A stretch of DNA of 26,015 nucleotides from contig NW_021835657.1 of the NCBI RefSeq assembly GCF_006345805.1, forward strand, positions 1 to 26,015, in the 5' to 3' direction. The first letter of the stretch is position 1. Each line of letters starts with the position of its first letter. Shown piece by piece: positions 8,752 to 20,307 of the stretch. A model generated the notes under the pieces. That model was not told the DNA's origin, ran no database searches, and worked only from the letters and a program-made list of their open reading frames with translations. This DNA is from Octopus sinensis (taxonomy: Eukaryota). The translations under genes and the position numbers were made by a program.

Positions 8752-9088
8752 TGTTGTAATGTGGATCCTTGTCCACTTGTATGCTGTTGTCGGTATTGTA
8801 ACATTCTTGTCGCCACTAATATGTTATGATGGTATTTCACATCTTATTATCTTTGACTTGTCAATCATGCTATCACTGACAGATCTGCAAGACAATGACT
8901 TTGAAACGTCTACCTTGACAGTAACTCAAATTCGTATATATCACATAAATGACACTGACTCCAACTAAGAACTCATACAATAACTGTATTACAACTGACT
9001 TCCTACAGTGACTGACTATCTGACTTTATAGTGGCTGAGTCATACCTCTTTGTCACATGGGAAGGGGAGTACCATTTTCACTACAACA
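8752..9088 (-). repeat. 3' LTR (TGTTGTA...TACAACA termini)
   Basis: 7-bp inverted termini. Preceded on the minus strand by the PPT AAAAGGGGAGA (9089-9099). TATA-like TATAAAG near 9025-9031 on the minus strand. Confidence 0.9.
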
Positions 9089-10393
9089 TCTCCCCTTTTA
9101 ATTTCTTTTTTCTTTGGAAAGTAAGTAATTTTATTTTACTTTATTCACCCCTCCTCTTATTTTTGTCTTTTTTTTCTTTTCCAACTTAATATTTTTTTCT
9201 TTTTGGTGTTTATTTGTAGGAACTCTGTGGTCTTCCTTTATCAATTATAGCTAGACTTTCTAGTCCTTCCAGCTCTTTATTGATGAGGTCTAATGCCACA
9301 AACAGCACATTTTGGGTGTTACCTTTCCTTTTACTGCAATCCTTGCTTTTGTTTTAGTGCAACAGCTTAATACTTCCACAAATAAACATTTGGAAACAAT
9401 TTTTTAAATTTTTGTCTTAGCTGTTTGACTTCCTTCAAACTTTTAACCATGCCAACTACATTTTCCCTAATGGGGGTATCGCACATCCTAAATAACTCCA
9501 TACATTCTGTGCCAAATAGGTTTAGTGATTTTTTTTGACACATAAATGGTTGCCCTTCTCATTTCACCTCGAAAAGTTACATTGCAAATACATTCACTGA
9601 TGAAATATAATTTCTTTCCTCTAACACCATATGCTACTTTATTTGATTTAAATAATTTCAGCTTACAGATTTTTCACCTTGTTTCTTCATTTATGATAGT
9701 GATGTCACTACCTGTGTCTAATTGCATTTTGACACTAATGGTTTCGATTCTCACCTTTATGAATTTTCTGTTCGTTGTACAAACATTTTTCTCTGATGAA
9801 AAACTATTTATTTTTTCTTGTTTGGTCCAATTTTTCATCATCTTAGATATGCAGAGTGATTTAATGTGTCCTGTGTTCCCACAATGAAAGCACTTTACTT
9901 TTTTCAACGGACACTCTTTTCTCGGGTACCTACCATATGCCGTACATGGATTTATCTCCTGTTGTATATCATATTTTATATGAAACACTTTATCCACATT
10001 GGTTTTATCTGTAAATGATCTCTGTGTCATGCCTTACTTTTAATATCCTATCGCACTCTCCTGACAGTTTCTGGAGAGTTATATCCTGGTTCATTTCCAG
10101 CTTTTTGAGAATTTTTGTTCTGACTTCTGCGTCCTTTTTAGCAGTAAGACCCTGAGCAAAAACCAGGCACTTGAACAAGTCTGAAGTTAGTTTATCCAGT
10201 TTAAATCTCTTGCACTTTCTCTTCACTCAACCCACATATGTGGTAAAGTCCTCATCATCACTTTTCTTGGTGTTCAAACACTTCCAACCCGTGTTGAATA
10301 ACAATGTTTTTTCACTAAAGATCTTACATAAAATGTCAATTGTGTCCGTGAAATTTAGGTCAGAAACTTTTTTAGGCAATATAAAATTACAGT

Positions 10394-10626
10394 AGGTGGT
10401 GAGCTGGCAGAAGCGTTACAACACCGGGCGAAATGCTTAGCAGTATTTCGTCTGCCATTACATTCTGAGTTCAAATTCCACTGGGGTCGACTTTACCTTT
10501 CATCCTTTCGGGGGTCGACAAATTAAGTACCAGTTAAGCACAGGAGTCAATATAATCAACTTAATCCCTTTGTCTGTCCTTGTTTGTCCCCTCTATGTTT
10601 AGCCCCTTGTGGGCAATAAAGAAATA
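10394..10626 (+). mobile_element. Family B SINE nested in Gypsy gag, 16-bp TSD
   Basis: TSD AATATAAAATTACAGT (10378-10393) / AATATAAAGTTACAGT (10627-10642). Confidence 0.9.
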
Positions 10627-10759
10627 AATATAAAGTTACAGTATTTCTCATGCTCTATTGTTGCCAGTTTCTTCAGAATTAGATGTGCTTTCATTTTGTC
10701 TGTCCAGTCTTAGCATTCTTTTTCCAAAATGTGTTCAAATCATCTGTAATATGCCTCAA

Positions 10760-11088
10760 GTGAGGGCGCGTGGCTTAGTGGTTAAGGCATTCGGCTCATG
10801 ATCGTAAGGTTGTGAGTTCGATTCCCAGCGACGCGTTGTGTCCTTGAGCAAGACACTTTATTTCACGTTGCTCCAGTCCACTCAGCTGGCAAAAGTGAGT
10901 TGTACCTGTATTTCAAAGGGTCAGCCTTGTCACTCTCTGTGTCACGCTGATTATCCCCGAGAACTACGTTAAGGGTACACGTGTCTGTGGAATGCTCAGC
11001 CATTTGCACGTTAATTTCACGAGCAAGCTGTTCCGTTGATCGTATCAGCTGGGACCCTCGTCGTCGTAACCGGTGGAGTCTTTTTTTA
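10760..11088 (+). mobile_element. tRNA/CORE-like SINE (family C) nested in Gypsy gag, 12-bp TSD
   Basis: TGGCTTAGTGG and GAGTTCGATTCC boxes, TGTGTCCTTGAGCAAGACAC. TSD AATATGCCTCAA at 10748-10759 and 11089-11100. Confidence 0.9.
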
Positions 11089-11451
11089 AATATGCCTCAA
11101 AGGTGATCCCTTCTTCCGGCTTATATTTAAATTCATTTACTGAATTTGCTACATGGTCAGATGAAAACGTATTTTCAAGTTTTATTACCAACTTCATTAG
11201 TTGTAGCATCTGTTGCTGTAACATTTGTTGTAGTTCTTATAGTTCTATGAGTTTTTGTTGCTGCTTTTACAACTCAACTAAACCCCCTAACAAGTTTTCG
11301 ATAATTTTATGGATTTTTCATATAATATATACAACAAAAATGTTTGTTACTCCTCTGTTGAGTTTTTAATTTTTCCACATCAAAAATTTTTCAATGTCAT
11401 CTGTGTGAATTGTTTATTTTCTCATGGAAAATTTTTTTTCTTATTTTTCAA

Positions 11452-11745
11452 CATTATCTGCGTGAATCCTCATCCACCTGTATGTTGTTGTAGGCATTAT
11501 AACATTCTTGTCACCACTAATACCTTCTGGCAGTATTCTGCATCTTATTATCTTTGATTTGTCAATCATGCTATTGCTGGTGGCTCTGCAAGACAATGGC
11601 TTTGAAACGGCTACCATGACAGTTACTTGAACTCATGTATATCACATAACTGACACTGATTCCAACTGAGAACTCTTACAATGACTCTGCTGCTACTGAC
11701 TTCCTACTGTCTGACATTATAGTGAGTACCATTTTCACTACAACA
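11452..11745 (-). repeat. 5' LTR (diverged, with two internal deletions relative to the 3' LTR)
   Basis: Aligns to 8752-9088 (e.g. CTGCAAGACAATG.CTTTGAAACG and GAGTACCATTTTCACTACAACA). The inner end is decayed and no primer-binding site (PBS) is recognisable. Confidence 0.85.
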
Positions 11746-11788
11746 ATATATATACATGTGTGTGTGTTCCCAGTAACATTAGAGTGAC

Positions 11789-11827
<39 letters not shown>

Positions 11828-11994
11828 AATGAGGGAAACAGAAAATGGATTTAGCAAGAATCTTTATTCAGCACAACAATCGTTTCAACCCATCCTGCAT
11901 ACTACTAGACATATACCCAATGTCCAATTAATTACTTATGTATATATATATATATCTGTATTATATATATATATATATATATTTATAAAAATTA

Positions 11995-12125
11995 TATATA
12001 AAAATTACAAAAGGGGACAAGAAAGCAAACCACACAAAGAGATGACACAAAAAAACAGACGGGTCATTCGAAGCCTCTAATCTTCAGTCGGGAACCGGAT
12101 CATCTTAGCAATTTCGGCTGATATA
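11995..12125 (-). mobile_element. Possible Penelope-like terminal fragment between (TA)n arrays
   Basis: Shares TTTCGGCTGATATA with the family E hammerhead half. A-rich layout similar to 1411-1791. Confidence 0.35.
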
Positions 12126-12338
12126 TATATATATATATATATATATACACTAACATACATATATATTGCCTATGATATGATGGCTACCCACTCATGGCCA
12201 AGGAAGACCATCATTGACCATTAAGAACATTGTGCAGTCAGACAAAATTATATTTTACACTTGTGTCTCCACTGGTGACTCACAAACCCATATACAACTA
12301 CTATATGCAAGATCTATATGTACATACATATATAATAT

Positions 12339-12640
12339 TGTTTGTTCCTTCTCAAGCCAAGCCTGGCTCATAGGGCCGGTTTCCCAGTTTCCTTGGTGTA
12401 TAGGTTCCCCACCTGGATGAGACGCCGGTCCGTCACAGGTGAGCTGCAAGATGCAGGAGGAAAGAGTGAGAGAAAGTTGTGGTGAAAGAGTCAGCAGAAG
12501 CTCGCCATTACTTTCTCCCAGAGCTGCATGGAGCTTAGGTGTTTCGCTCATAAACACACACATCACCCGGTCTGAGATTCAAACCCATGATCCCTTGACT
12601 GTGAGTCTACTGCCCTAACCACTAGGCCATGTGCCTCCAC
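12339..12640 (-). mobile_element. tRNA-headed SINE with V-domain-like segment, 12-bp TSD
   Basis: Minus strand has TGGCCTAGTGG, GGTTTGAATCTC and CCTGTGACGGACCGGCGTCTCATCCAGG. TSD CATATATAATAT at 12327-12338 and 12641-12652. Confidence 0.85.
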
Positions 12641-13021
12641 CATATATAATATATACATATATATATTTGTTTATAAACCTTGAGCCACCTATCATATTCG
12701 AGAACCTAGTGACAGGTGTCAGTATGAAGATTTTGAACCTGTCCTCGAGAAATTTGCGACATTAAGGCCTCCTATAACAATGGTTTCCAGTGGGTTTTAG
12801 GACTGCATCTCCTATATATCAGTTCCACAAAAGGAAGTGCCACTGAAGAGTCATTTGGTTTACCCCACCCTTCTCAATCAACATTAAGACCTACATGGGA
12901 GAATAATATTCCTTTGATTAGAGGACAAACACTTCACATAGACACATAGGAATGACCATTTGTTAAATAGATACAACATAAGGGTCTCTTTCAGCTGTGT
13001 TCCCAGTGTTAAAAAAATATT

Positions 13022-13243
13022 TATTTCTTTATTGCCCACAGGGGGCTAAGCATGGAGGGGACAAACAAGGACAGACAAAGGAATTAAGTCAATTACATCA
13101 ACCCCAGTGTGAAACTGGTTCTTATTTAATTGATCCTGAAAAGATGAAAGGCGAAGTCAACCTTGGTGAAATTTGAACTCAGAGCATAATGGCGGACAAA
13201 ATACCGGCATTCTAAACAATTCTGCCAGCTCACCACACTAAAA
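13022..13243 (-). mobile_element. Family B SINE with perfect 15-bp TSD
   Basis: TSD TGTTAAAAAAATATT at 13007-13021 and 13244-13258. Confidence 0.9.
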
Positions 13244-13519
13244 TGTTAAAAAAATATTAGTGAACCCCTCCTAAACCTTGCATTGAGGCAGGATGCTCAT
13301 GCAGGGTTAGCAATGTGTGCCCAGTGGGGTCACAAAACAACTCCAAAGCTGATATTTATGAGGCTGATGTGGTGTCCAGCAGTAATGGTAGCAACAGCAC
13401 ATCTGCTGTTAACAGTAACAGTGACAACAACCTCAACATTGGCACTAACAGTAGCAGCAGCAGTACATTAAGCAATATCAGCAGCAATGACAGCAATAGC
13501 AACAGCTACAACAGCAACA

Positions 13520-13712
13520 GTGGAGGCACAATGGCCCAGTGGTTAGGGCAGCGAACTCACAGTCGTATGAACGTGGTTTCAATTCCCGGTCCGAGCATTG
13601 TGAGGGTTTATTGAGCAAAAATACCTAAGCTCCACGAGGCTCTGGCAGGGGACGGTGGTGAACCCCACTGTACTCTTTCATCACAACTTTCTCTCACTCT
13701 TTTTTCCTATTT
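13520..13712 (+). mobile_element. 5' part of the same SINE family as 12339-12640
   Basis: TGGCCCAGTGGTTAGGGCAG, CCTAAGCTCCA and ACTCTTTCATCACAACTTTCTCTCACTCTT are shared with that copy. Confidence 0.8.
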
Positions 13713-14039
13713 CTGCCACAAAGCAGAGGAACCATGGTGTGGTAAACTTTCAGACCCTAATCTAGATTGCGAATCCTCTGGACCCCAAGATGGTTCAGCT
13801 CTCCATCAGTTAAAAGCCACCGTTTACGGAATGAGGATAACATCCTAGCTTTCGTGCCTGTGCAACTGCCAGTCTATCGCGTGTGGTGGGTGGATCTTCA
13901 AGTTGCCGCATGCATTCTTAGTAGCCTAGAGTAGTCTCGAATTAGAGATTATTCTTTGTGGTTAATGGTGTGAGTCCTGACTGGAAGAAGAAGAAGAAGA
14001 AGAAGACAGCATCAGATCCAGCAGTAACAATAACAATGG

Positions 14040-14260
14040 TACCACAGCTGCAACTCCACCAGCACAAGGGCACAGAAATATGTTGGCTCTGCAGCAGGTC
14101 CATTCAAGAAACATTCTGAAGATCACAAGTCCTCTTTAGGGATACCAGAGAGGCAAAAGTTCATGTCCCTGGCCAGCTACCTATGGCATTTAAAAGAGGA
14201 GGGTACACCATACATAATTAAATGGTGGCTCCTAGAACAAGACATCCACATTAAGTTGGA
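14040..14260 (+). pseudogene. Penelope-type GIY-YIG endonuclease fragment
   Basis: The frame of ORF 14163 extended upstream reads KYVGSAAGPFKKHSEDHKSSL...SLASYLWHLKEEGTPYIIKWWLLE. This matches the YIG.T...FK.R...HK.SF and LS.YIW.LK......IKW.I motifs of Penelope endonucleases. Confidence 0.7.
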
Positions 14261-14289
14261 TGTGTGTGTGAATGTGTGTGTGTGTGTGA

Positions 14290-14322
<33 letters not shown>

Positions 14323-14985
14323 CTCAACACACATATATACATATATACATATATATTATCTCTCTATCTAGCTAGTTATCCCTTCATATGTCTTTCTCAT
14401 TCTCTCTCCCTTACTAACCTACTATTCCAGAGAGAGTATGAGATAATGAAAGGAAGAAGAAAAACAAAGAGTTTGATGTCATGCAAACATTTTTTCTAAT
14501 CTTTCCTTTTACTGACACAACTAACCCTTTTCCAACTTCCTGTATTTCAACTTTTTGCCAGTACTGTATTCTGTGTCTTCTATCTTCCTCCATCTCCTCT
14601 GCTTTCTTTACAGACTGTAGGGTGTAGTTTGAGGGGAAATTTGGTTAACATTTCTCAAAACAAATGTTATATGAATTTCATTGTGAGACAGCAAATAATA
14701 ATTTCTGAATATAGTTTCAGAATACACACACACACACAAATGTACATACATTATATCTCAAAGGGATACAGTTACATACAAGTTTCCCTCTGCCAGCTCA
14801 TCCAACAATCAAAGGTGGTTAGGAACAGCAAGTCACCATCATCTGTCTCAATGTGAAATATTTTTAATTGACTACAATTTTTTTGTATTGAGCTCTTTAT
14901 CAGCGAATGATTAATCCCAGCATAACATCTACTTGTATAAGTACAACATTCACAATGTGTCTGTTTACAAGAAGTTTACTCATTT

Positions 14986-15372
14986 TTTTACTCTTTTACT
15001 TGTTTCAGTCATGTGACTGTGGCCATGCTGAAGCACTGCCTTTAGTCGAAGAAATCGACCCCAGGACTTATTCTTTGTAAGCCTAGTACTTATTCTATTG
15101 ATCTTTTTTGCCGAACCGCTAAGCTATGTCAAGCGATGTTGGGGGACAAACACAGACACACAAACATATATACACACACATACACACACACATACACACA
15201 CACACATACACACACACACACACACATACATATATACAATGGGCTTCTTTCAGTTTCCGTCTACCAAATCCACTCACAAGTCTTTGGTTGGCCTGAAGCT
15301 ATAGTAGAAGACACTTGCCCAAGGTGCCATGCAGTGGGACTGAACCCGGAACTTACTGCACAGCCACTCCTG
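14986..15372 (-). mobile_element. Family A SINE with a small deletion in the head
   Basis: Reverse complement of the 4086-4492 consensus; internal (CA)n. Confidence 0.9.
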
Positions 15373-15407
15373 CACTTATTTGTTTGCATGTAAATATATT
15401 TACCTCT

Positions 15408-15475
<68 letters not shown>

Positions 15476-15497
15476 CACACACACACACACTCACACA

Positions 15498-16100
15498 TAT
15501 CATCATCATCATCATCATCATCATTTAACATCCGTTGTCCATACTGGCATAGGTTGAACAATTTGACCAGGGCTGGCAAACTTGAAGGCTGCACCAGACT
15601 CCAGTCTGATTTGACATGGTTTCTATAGCTGGGCGTCCTTCCTAATGCCAACCACTCCAAGAGTATAATGGGTGCTTGTGCATACCACCAGCATGGGTGC
15701 CAGTTGCATGACACTAGTATTAGCCATGACTACAATTTCACTTGGAATGATGGGTCTTCTACTCAAGGGTAACATACTGCCAAAAGTCTTGGTCGTTTAT
15801 CATTACCTCCCTAAGGCCCAATGCTTGAAAGGTGCTTTTTATGTGTTGCCCACACATTACTTCCATGAGGGCCAACACTCAAAAGGTGCCTTTTACATGC
15901 CACCAGCATGTCTGTTTTGACATGTTTCTACAGCTGGATGCACTTCCTAATGTCAACCACTTCACTGAGAGCATTGGCTGCTTTTCACATGGTACCAGTG
16001 CCAGTGTATTTTATGTGGCACCAGCACCAACAGGGTCACCAAAAGGCTTGCAAGACAAACCCCCTTTAACTGGAAGTAGCATTTATGGAATGTAGCTTCA
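15498..16100 (-). mobile_element. Long family D SINE with internal GGTGCTTTT-type subrepeats
   Basis: (CAT)n tail, two CCTTCCTAATG.CAACC motifs and repeated GGTGC(T/C)TTTTA..TG..ACC units. Confidence 0.75.
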
Positions 16101-16305
16101 TGCCAGTAGAAAAATTTAAGGCATAGAAGGGGCAGATATAGGCATCTCCCTGTAGAGTAGATACATGTTGGAAAAGATTCATACGTACAAACATTCATAC
16201 ATATTATGTAGACACATACATGCTCACATATGTACATACACATACTATACACATACATACATGCATACATACATACATAATTACAGAGAGACAGACATAC
16301 ATGTG

Positions 16306-16341
<36 letters not shown>

Positions 16342-16342
16342 A

Positions 16343-16649
16343 TTGGAAAGCCCCTTTGGTCATGAGTGACCGTGGGATTGCACAAGTCCGGGCAAGGTTG
16401 TTTATGGAAGGCCAGCAGTTGCCCATGCATACCGCCTCCCCTCTCCACACCACTGACATTATCCAAGGGAAAGGCAAAGGTTGACACAGCTTGGCACCTG
16501 TGACGTCGCAACTCATTTCTACAGCTGTGTGAACTGGAGCAACGTTAAATAAAGTGTCTTGCTCAAGAACACAAAACGCAGCCTGGTCCGGGAATCGAAC
16601 TCACAACCTCCCGATCGTAAGCTCGACACTCTAACCATTGAGCCATGCG

Positions 16650-16655
<6 letters not shown>
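16343..16655 (-). mobile_element. tRNA/CORE-like SINE (family C head, different tail)
   Basis: Minus strand has TGGCTCAATGGTTAG, GAGTTCGATTCCC and TGTGTTCTTGAGCAAGACAC. Confidence 0.85.
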
Positions 16656-16704
<49 letters not shown>

Positions 16705-16937
16705 CATACATACACACATGGAAGGAGGACATTAAACGATGATTATGATGCATGAATGTGAGTGTAGATACATTTCACAACAGGTACATTCACATAGGAA
16801 GATATTAACGGGTGTTTCTGGCAAGTTCTACTTGCTCAGCTACCAATTCTACTAACATGATATTGCACGATACTGCTTTGGGTTTGGGTGTTGGTGGTGG
16901 TGGTGGTGGTAGCAGTGGCGGTAGCAGTGGCGGTAGC

Positions 16938-16998
<61 letters not shown>

Positions 16999-17361
16999 AT
17001 AGTAAAGTTTGCTGAATGCAGGTCAGTTGTAATAGTTACTCTCCTGTTCATGAATGTTGTTCTTCTCTGCACTCATGCGCACACACACACACACACACAC
17101 AATGCACACGTGTGCACACAAACACGTGCATGCACATGCACACGCACGTGCACACAAATGTGCACACATGCAAGCACATGCAAACACACACACAGAGAAG
17201 TATGCATGAATACACACACATATATATACAGTCTTTATTATCTTTTCTTTCTCTTTCTCTAAGTCTCTCCCTATCCATATATATGTGTGTGTGTGTGTAT
17301 GTGTGTGTGCGTGTATGTATGCGTGTGTGTATTTGTGTGTGTATGTATGTGTGTATGTGTG

Positions 17362-17400
<39 letters not shown>

Positions 17401-17619
17401 ATACACACACACATACATATATATGAGTATGTATATTCCATTTTGCTTTTATTCAAGTCTTTCAACACCACCCACTCTCTATCTCTCACTCACTCTATCT
17501 ATCTATCTATCTATCAAATCTATCTCTCCGTTTTGGCGTGTAGGCTCCATTACAGTACATATGTTAGGGTGTATGTGGATATTTTTAGAAATAAATATCA
17601 CACACATGCACACATGACA

Positions 17620-17705
<86 letters not shown>

Positions 17706-17817
17706 CTCATTCACATCTCGCACATATATGTATTTATATGACTGTATATATTTGTTTATTAGCTCATAAGTTACATCTATGTATGTGTTTTATATATATA
17801 TATATATCTATATATAT

Positions 17818-17863
<46 letters not shown>

Positions 17864-18548
17864 TATATATGCACACACGCACACATACACATGCATACAC
17901 ATTCACATGCATACACGCACACACATACATGTTTACAAAGATAGTCAGACAAACAGATAGATAGGTTCAGTTTGAATATATGTGTAAAATTAGTAGCTAG
18001 GTCAAAGAAGGTGATATAGGCGAAGGATAAGCAAGTTTATAGAAAAACTATACCAGCATGATTCATAAAGCTACCTCCGCTATTAACAGATAACATAACC
18101 ATTGCCAGGTAGCAGCAATCTTTTGTTACTGTTTATAGATGGTTGTTCATTTCTTACCTACATTACACACACACACACACACACATGTACTTTCAGTATA
18201 CACTGCACATACACACACACACACGCACGCACACACACAAATATGCATACATTTATAAATATGTAGAAGTCTGGTACAGGCTCCTGCCAGCTCCTGTTGA
18301 AACAGTCCAACCCATGCCAGCATGGAAGGAGGATGTTTAACAATGATGATGATGATCATATATATATATATATATAATATAATATAGACTTGAATGTATG
18401 TGTTTGTATTTATCGTATTTATATATGTATATGTATGAATGCATACATGTGTGTGCATATGTATAGGCGTGTATATATATATATATATTATATAATATTA
18501 TATATATATATAATATATATATATATAAATACTTATGGGGTGTCTTCA

Positions 18549-18587
<39 letters not shown>

Positions 18588-18599
18588 TATATATATATA

Positions 18600-18656
<57 letters not shown>

Positions 18657-18805
18657 GTGTATGTATATATATATGCATATATGTATATATACATACACAC
18701 ACAACACATACACACACACACCACCACATATATATATATATATAATACACACAGACAAACAGACAAACTGATGGATGAATGAATGGATGGATGGATGGAT
18801 GGATG

Positions 18806-18897
<92 letters not shown>

Positions 18898-19367
18898 GAA
18901 AGAGATGGTGGGAAGAGAGAAAGAATGATAAGTGTGTGCTAGGTGGGGTAATTCATTCTGGTACCAATTCATAAAATTCAAGTTGCTTTTGTCTCCTTCT
19001 CTCTTCTGCTGCTGTTGCTGCTCTTACTGTTCTTTTCATTACTGTTGCTGCTGCTACTACTGCTGCTGCTGTTGTTGTTGCTAAACTTTTGAGTTTCCTC
19101 AGTAACCCATTCCGCTGGTACCTTGCAGTTGGTTTCAAGCTCAACTTAATTTACTTTGTTGCTCCTTTCTTGAATATAGTTGGCAGAGTACTTGAGGAAT
19201 TACAAGGTTAATACACTGGAACTTGTTTTTACGTATTTAAAAATGTGCCAGATAACATTTATATAATAATATATACACACACACACACATATATATATAT
19301 AGGTATGTATGTATGTATGTATGTATGTATGTATGTATGTATACATAAATAATATATATAATATATA

Positions 19368-19403
<36 letters not shown>

Positions 19404-19500
19404 TGTATGTATGTATGTATGTATGTATGTATGTAGTATGTATGTATGTATGTATGTATGTATGTATGCGTGTGTGTGCGTGTGTGTGTGTGTGTGTGGT
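16656..19500. repeat. Dense compound microsatellite field: (CT)n, (GGT)/(AGT)n, (CA)n, (TA)n, (GGAT)n, (GATA)n, (CTG/TTG)n, (ATGT)n
   Basis: Read directly. It accounts for nearly all ORF-track entries in this interval. Confidence 0.95.
18271..18358 (+). mobile_element. Family D SINE 3' tail
   Basis: CCAACCCATGCCAGCATGGAAGGAGGATGTTTAAC followed by (ATG)n. Confidence 0.75.
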
Positions 19501-19647
19501 AAGCACAAGTGTGATAAGAAGTTTACTTACTTCCCAACCACATAGTTCTTGGTTCTATCCCACTGCAAGCACTTTGAGCAAATATCTTCTACTATAGCAC
19601 CAGGCTGATCAAAGTCTTGTGAATGAATTTGGGGGACTGAAACTAAA
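19501..19647 (+). mobile_element. Family A SINE 5' half (decayed)
   Basis: CCAACCACATAGTTC, TCTTCTACTATAGC and AAAGTCTTGTGAATG. Confidence 0.65.
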
Positions 19648-19873
19648 ATATATATATATATCTTATATATATATATATGTATATAAAAGAGATAATGAGA
19701 CACATTGAGACCCAAAGGTGTCAGGTAATGCTATCAAAGGATATTGGAATATTGCATATATACCATTATGCCTTTAAAACGGATTTACAAATTCAATACC
19801 CATACATATCTTATATCTATTTTCTTGTATCACATCGAAACTAACTATGACTTAATTTCTCCTCTCCTCACCA

Positions 19874-19922
19874 TCTCCGATGAAGGATATAATTAATTAA
19901 TATCCTAGAAACAGCTGTAAGA
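19874..19922 (+). ncRNA. Minimal hammerhead-like motif (U4 to C) in a Penelope-like terminal fragment
   Basis: TCT CCGATGA AGGATAT aattaatta ATATCCT A GAAAC AGCT GT A AGA. Stem I TCT/AGA, 7-bp stem II and a palindromic stem III ACAGCTGT. (TA)n follows at about 19990. Confidence 0.55.
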
Positions 19923-20007
19923 CCTTCTATCTATAATGCTCTAATATCTATACAGCCTTGGTTTTTTATCTTATTACGCAAAAAATTCTTATATATATAT
20001 ATATATT

Positions 20008-20281
20008 TGGTAGATGGGAAACTGAAAGAAGCTTGTCATGTGTGTGTGTGTTTGTGTATGTGTGTGTACGTTAGTGTTTGTGGTTATCCCCACCACTGCT
20101 TAATAACCAGTGTTTGTTTGTTTACCTCTCCGTAACTTAGTAGTTCAATAAAAGGAACTGGTAGAATAAGTACCGGGCTTAAAAAAATAATATATGTACT
20201 GGGGTTGATTTTCTTCACTAAACCCTTAGAAGCATGGCTGCAGTCCATTAACTGGAATAAGCATAAAATAAAAGATAAACG
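20008..20281 (+). mobile_element. Family A SINE 3' part
   Basis: GGTAGATGGGAAACTGAAAGAAGC, a (TG)n tract, TAGAATAAGTACC and GCATGGCTGCAGTC. Confidence 0.75.
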
Positions 20282-20307
20282 ATATATATTCATGTATATG
20301 TGTGTAT

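Larger units (their letters stand above)
9186..11300 (-). pseudogene. Disrupted Gypsy gag-protease-(RT start)-(IN end)
   Basis: After excising both SINEs, one frame reads SDHVANSVNEFKYKPEEGITFEAYYR*FEHILEKEC*DWTDKMKAHLILKKL...YCNFILPKK...FKCLVFAQGL...ECDRILK. It continues CFHCGNTGHIKSLC, LDTGSDITII, CTKTKARI...INKELEGLESLAIIDK, and ends FLQINTKRKKY*. Stops and frameshifts are present. Confidence 0.85.
8752..11745 (-). mobile_element. Internally deleted Gypsy LTR retrotransposon (gag + protease; RT/RNaseH/IN almost entirely missing)
   Basis: Two homologous LTRs, a polypurine tract, gag with a CCHC knuckle and protease LDTGS. Possible 5-bp TSD ACATA/ATATA in a (TA)-rich context. Confidence 0.9.

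Noticed and set aside
10760-10835. tRNA genes (also at 5790-5854, 12570-12640, 16580-16655, 20308-20380, 25480-25550)
   Set aside because: Only A/B boxes are kept. No complete acceptor stem was found, and each continues into a SINE body, several with TSDs.
11300-11452. Gypsy primer-binding site
   Set aside because: No TGG-starting tRNA-complementary sequence is recognisable after the 5' LTR; the region is decayed and A-rich.
12060-12125. Additional hammerhead (CTGAAGA...GAATGAC on the minus strand)
   Set aside because: No convincing stem II or GAAA/stem III pairing could be built. Only half of the family E motif is shared.
13712-14006. Moderately CpG-rich segment ending in (AAG)n, possibly a LINE 3' end
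   Set aside because: The tail is suggestive, but no translated motif was convincing.
16812-17015. Gly/Ser-linker-like ORF (GGGGGSSGGSS...)
   Set aside because: It is a compound (GGT)n to (AGT)n microsatellite that is open in several frames, with no splice or homology support.
18953-19144. ORF with Ala/Thr or Ser/Asn runs
   Set aside because: Built on degenerate trinucleotide repeats, with no good splice sites or recognisable domain.
2001-19597. Dozens of ORFs such as MYVCMYVC, YIYIYI, HTHTHT and ERERER
   Set aside because: These are translations of (TATG)n, (TA)n, (CA)n and (GA)n microsatellites, which lack stop codons in some frames. There is no coding signal.
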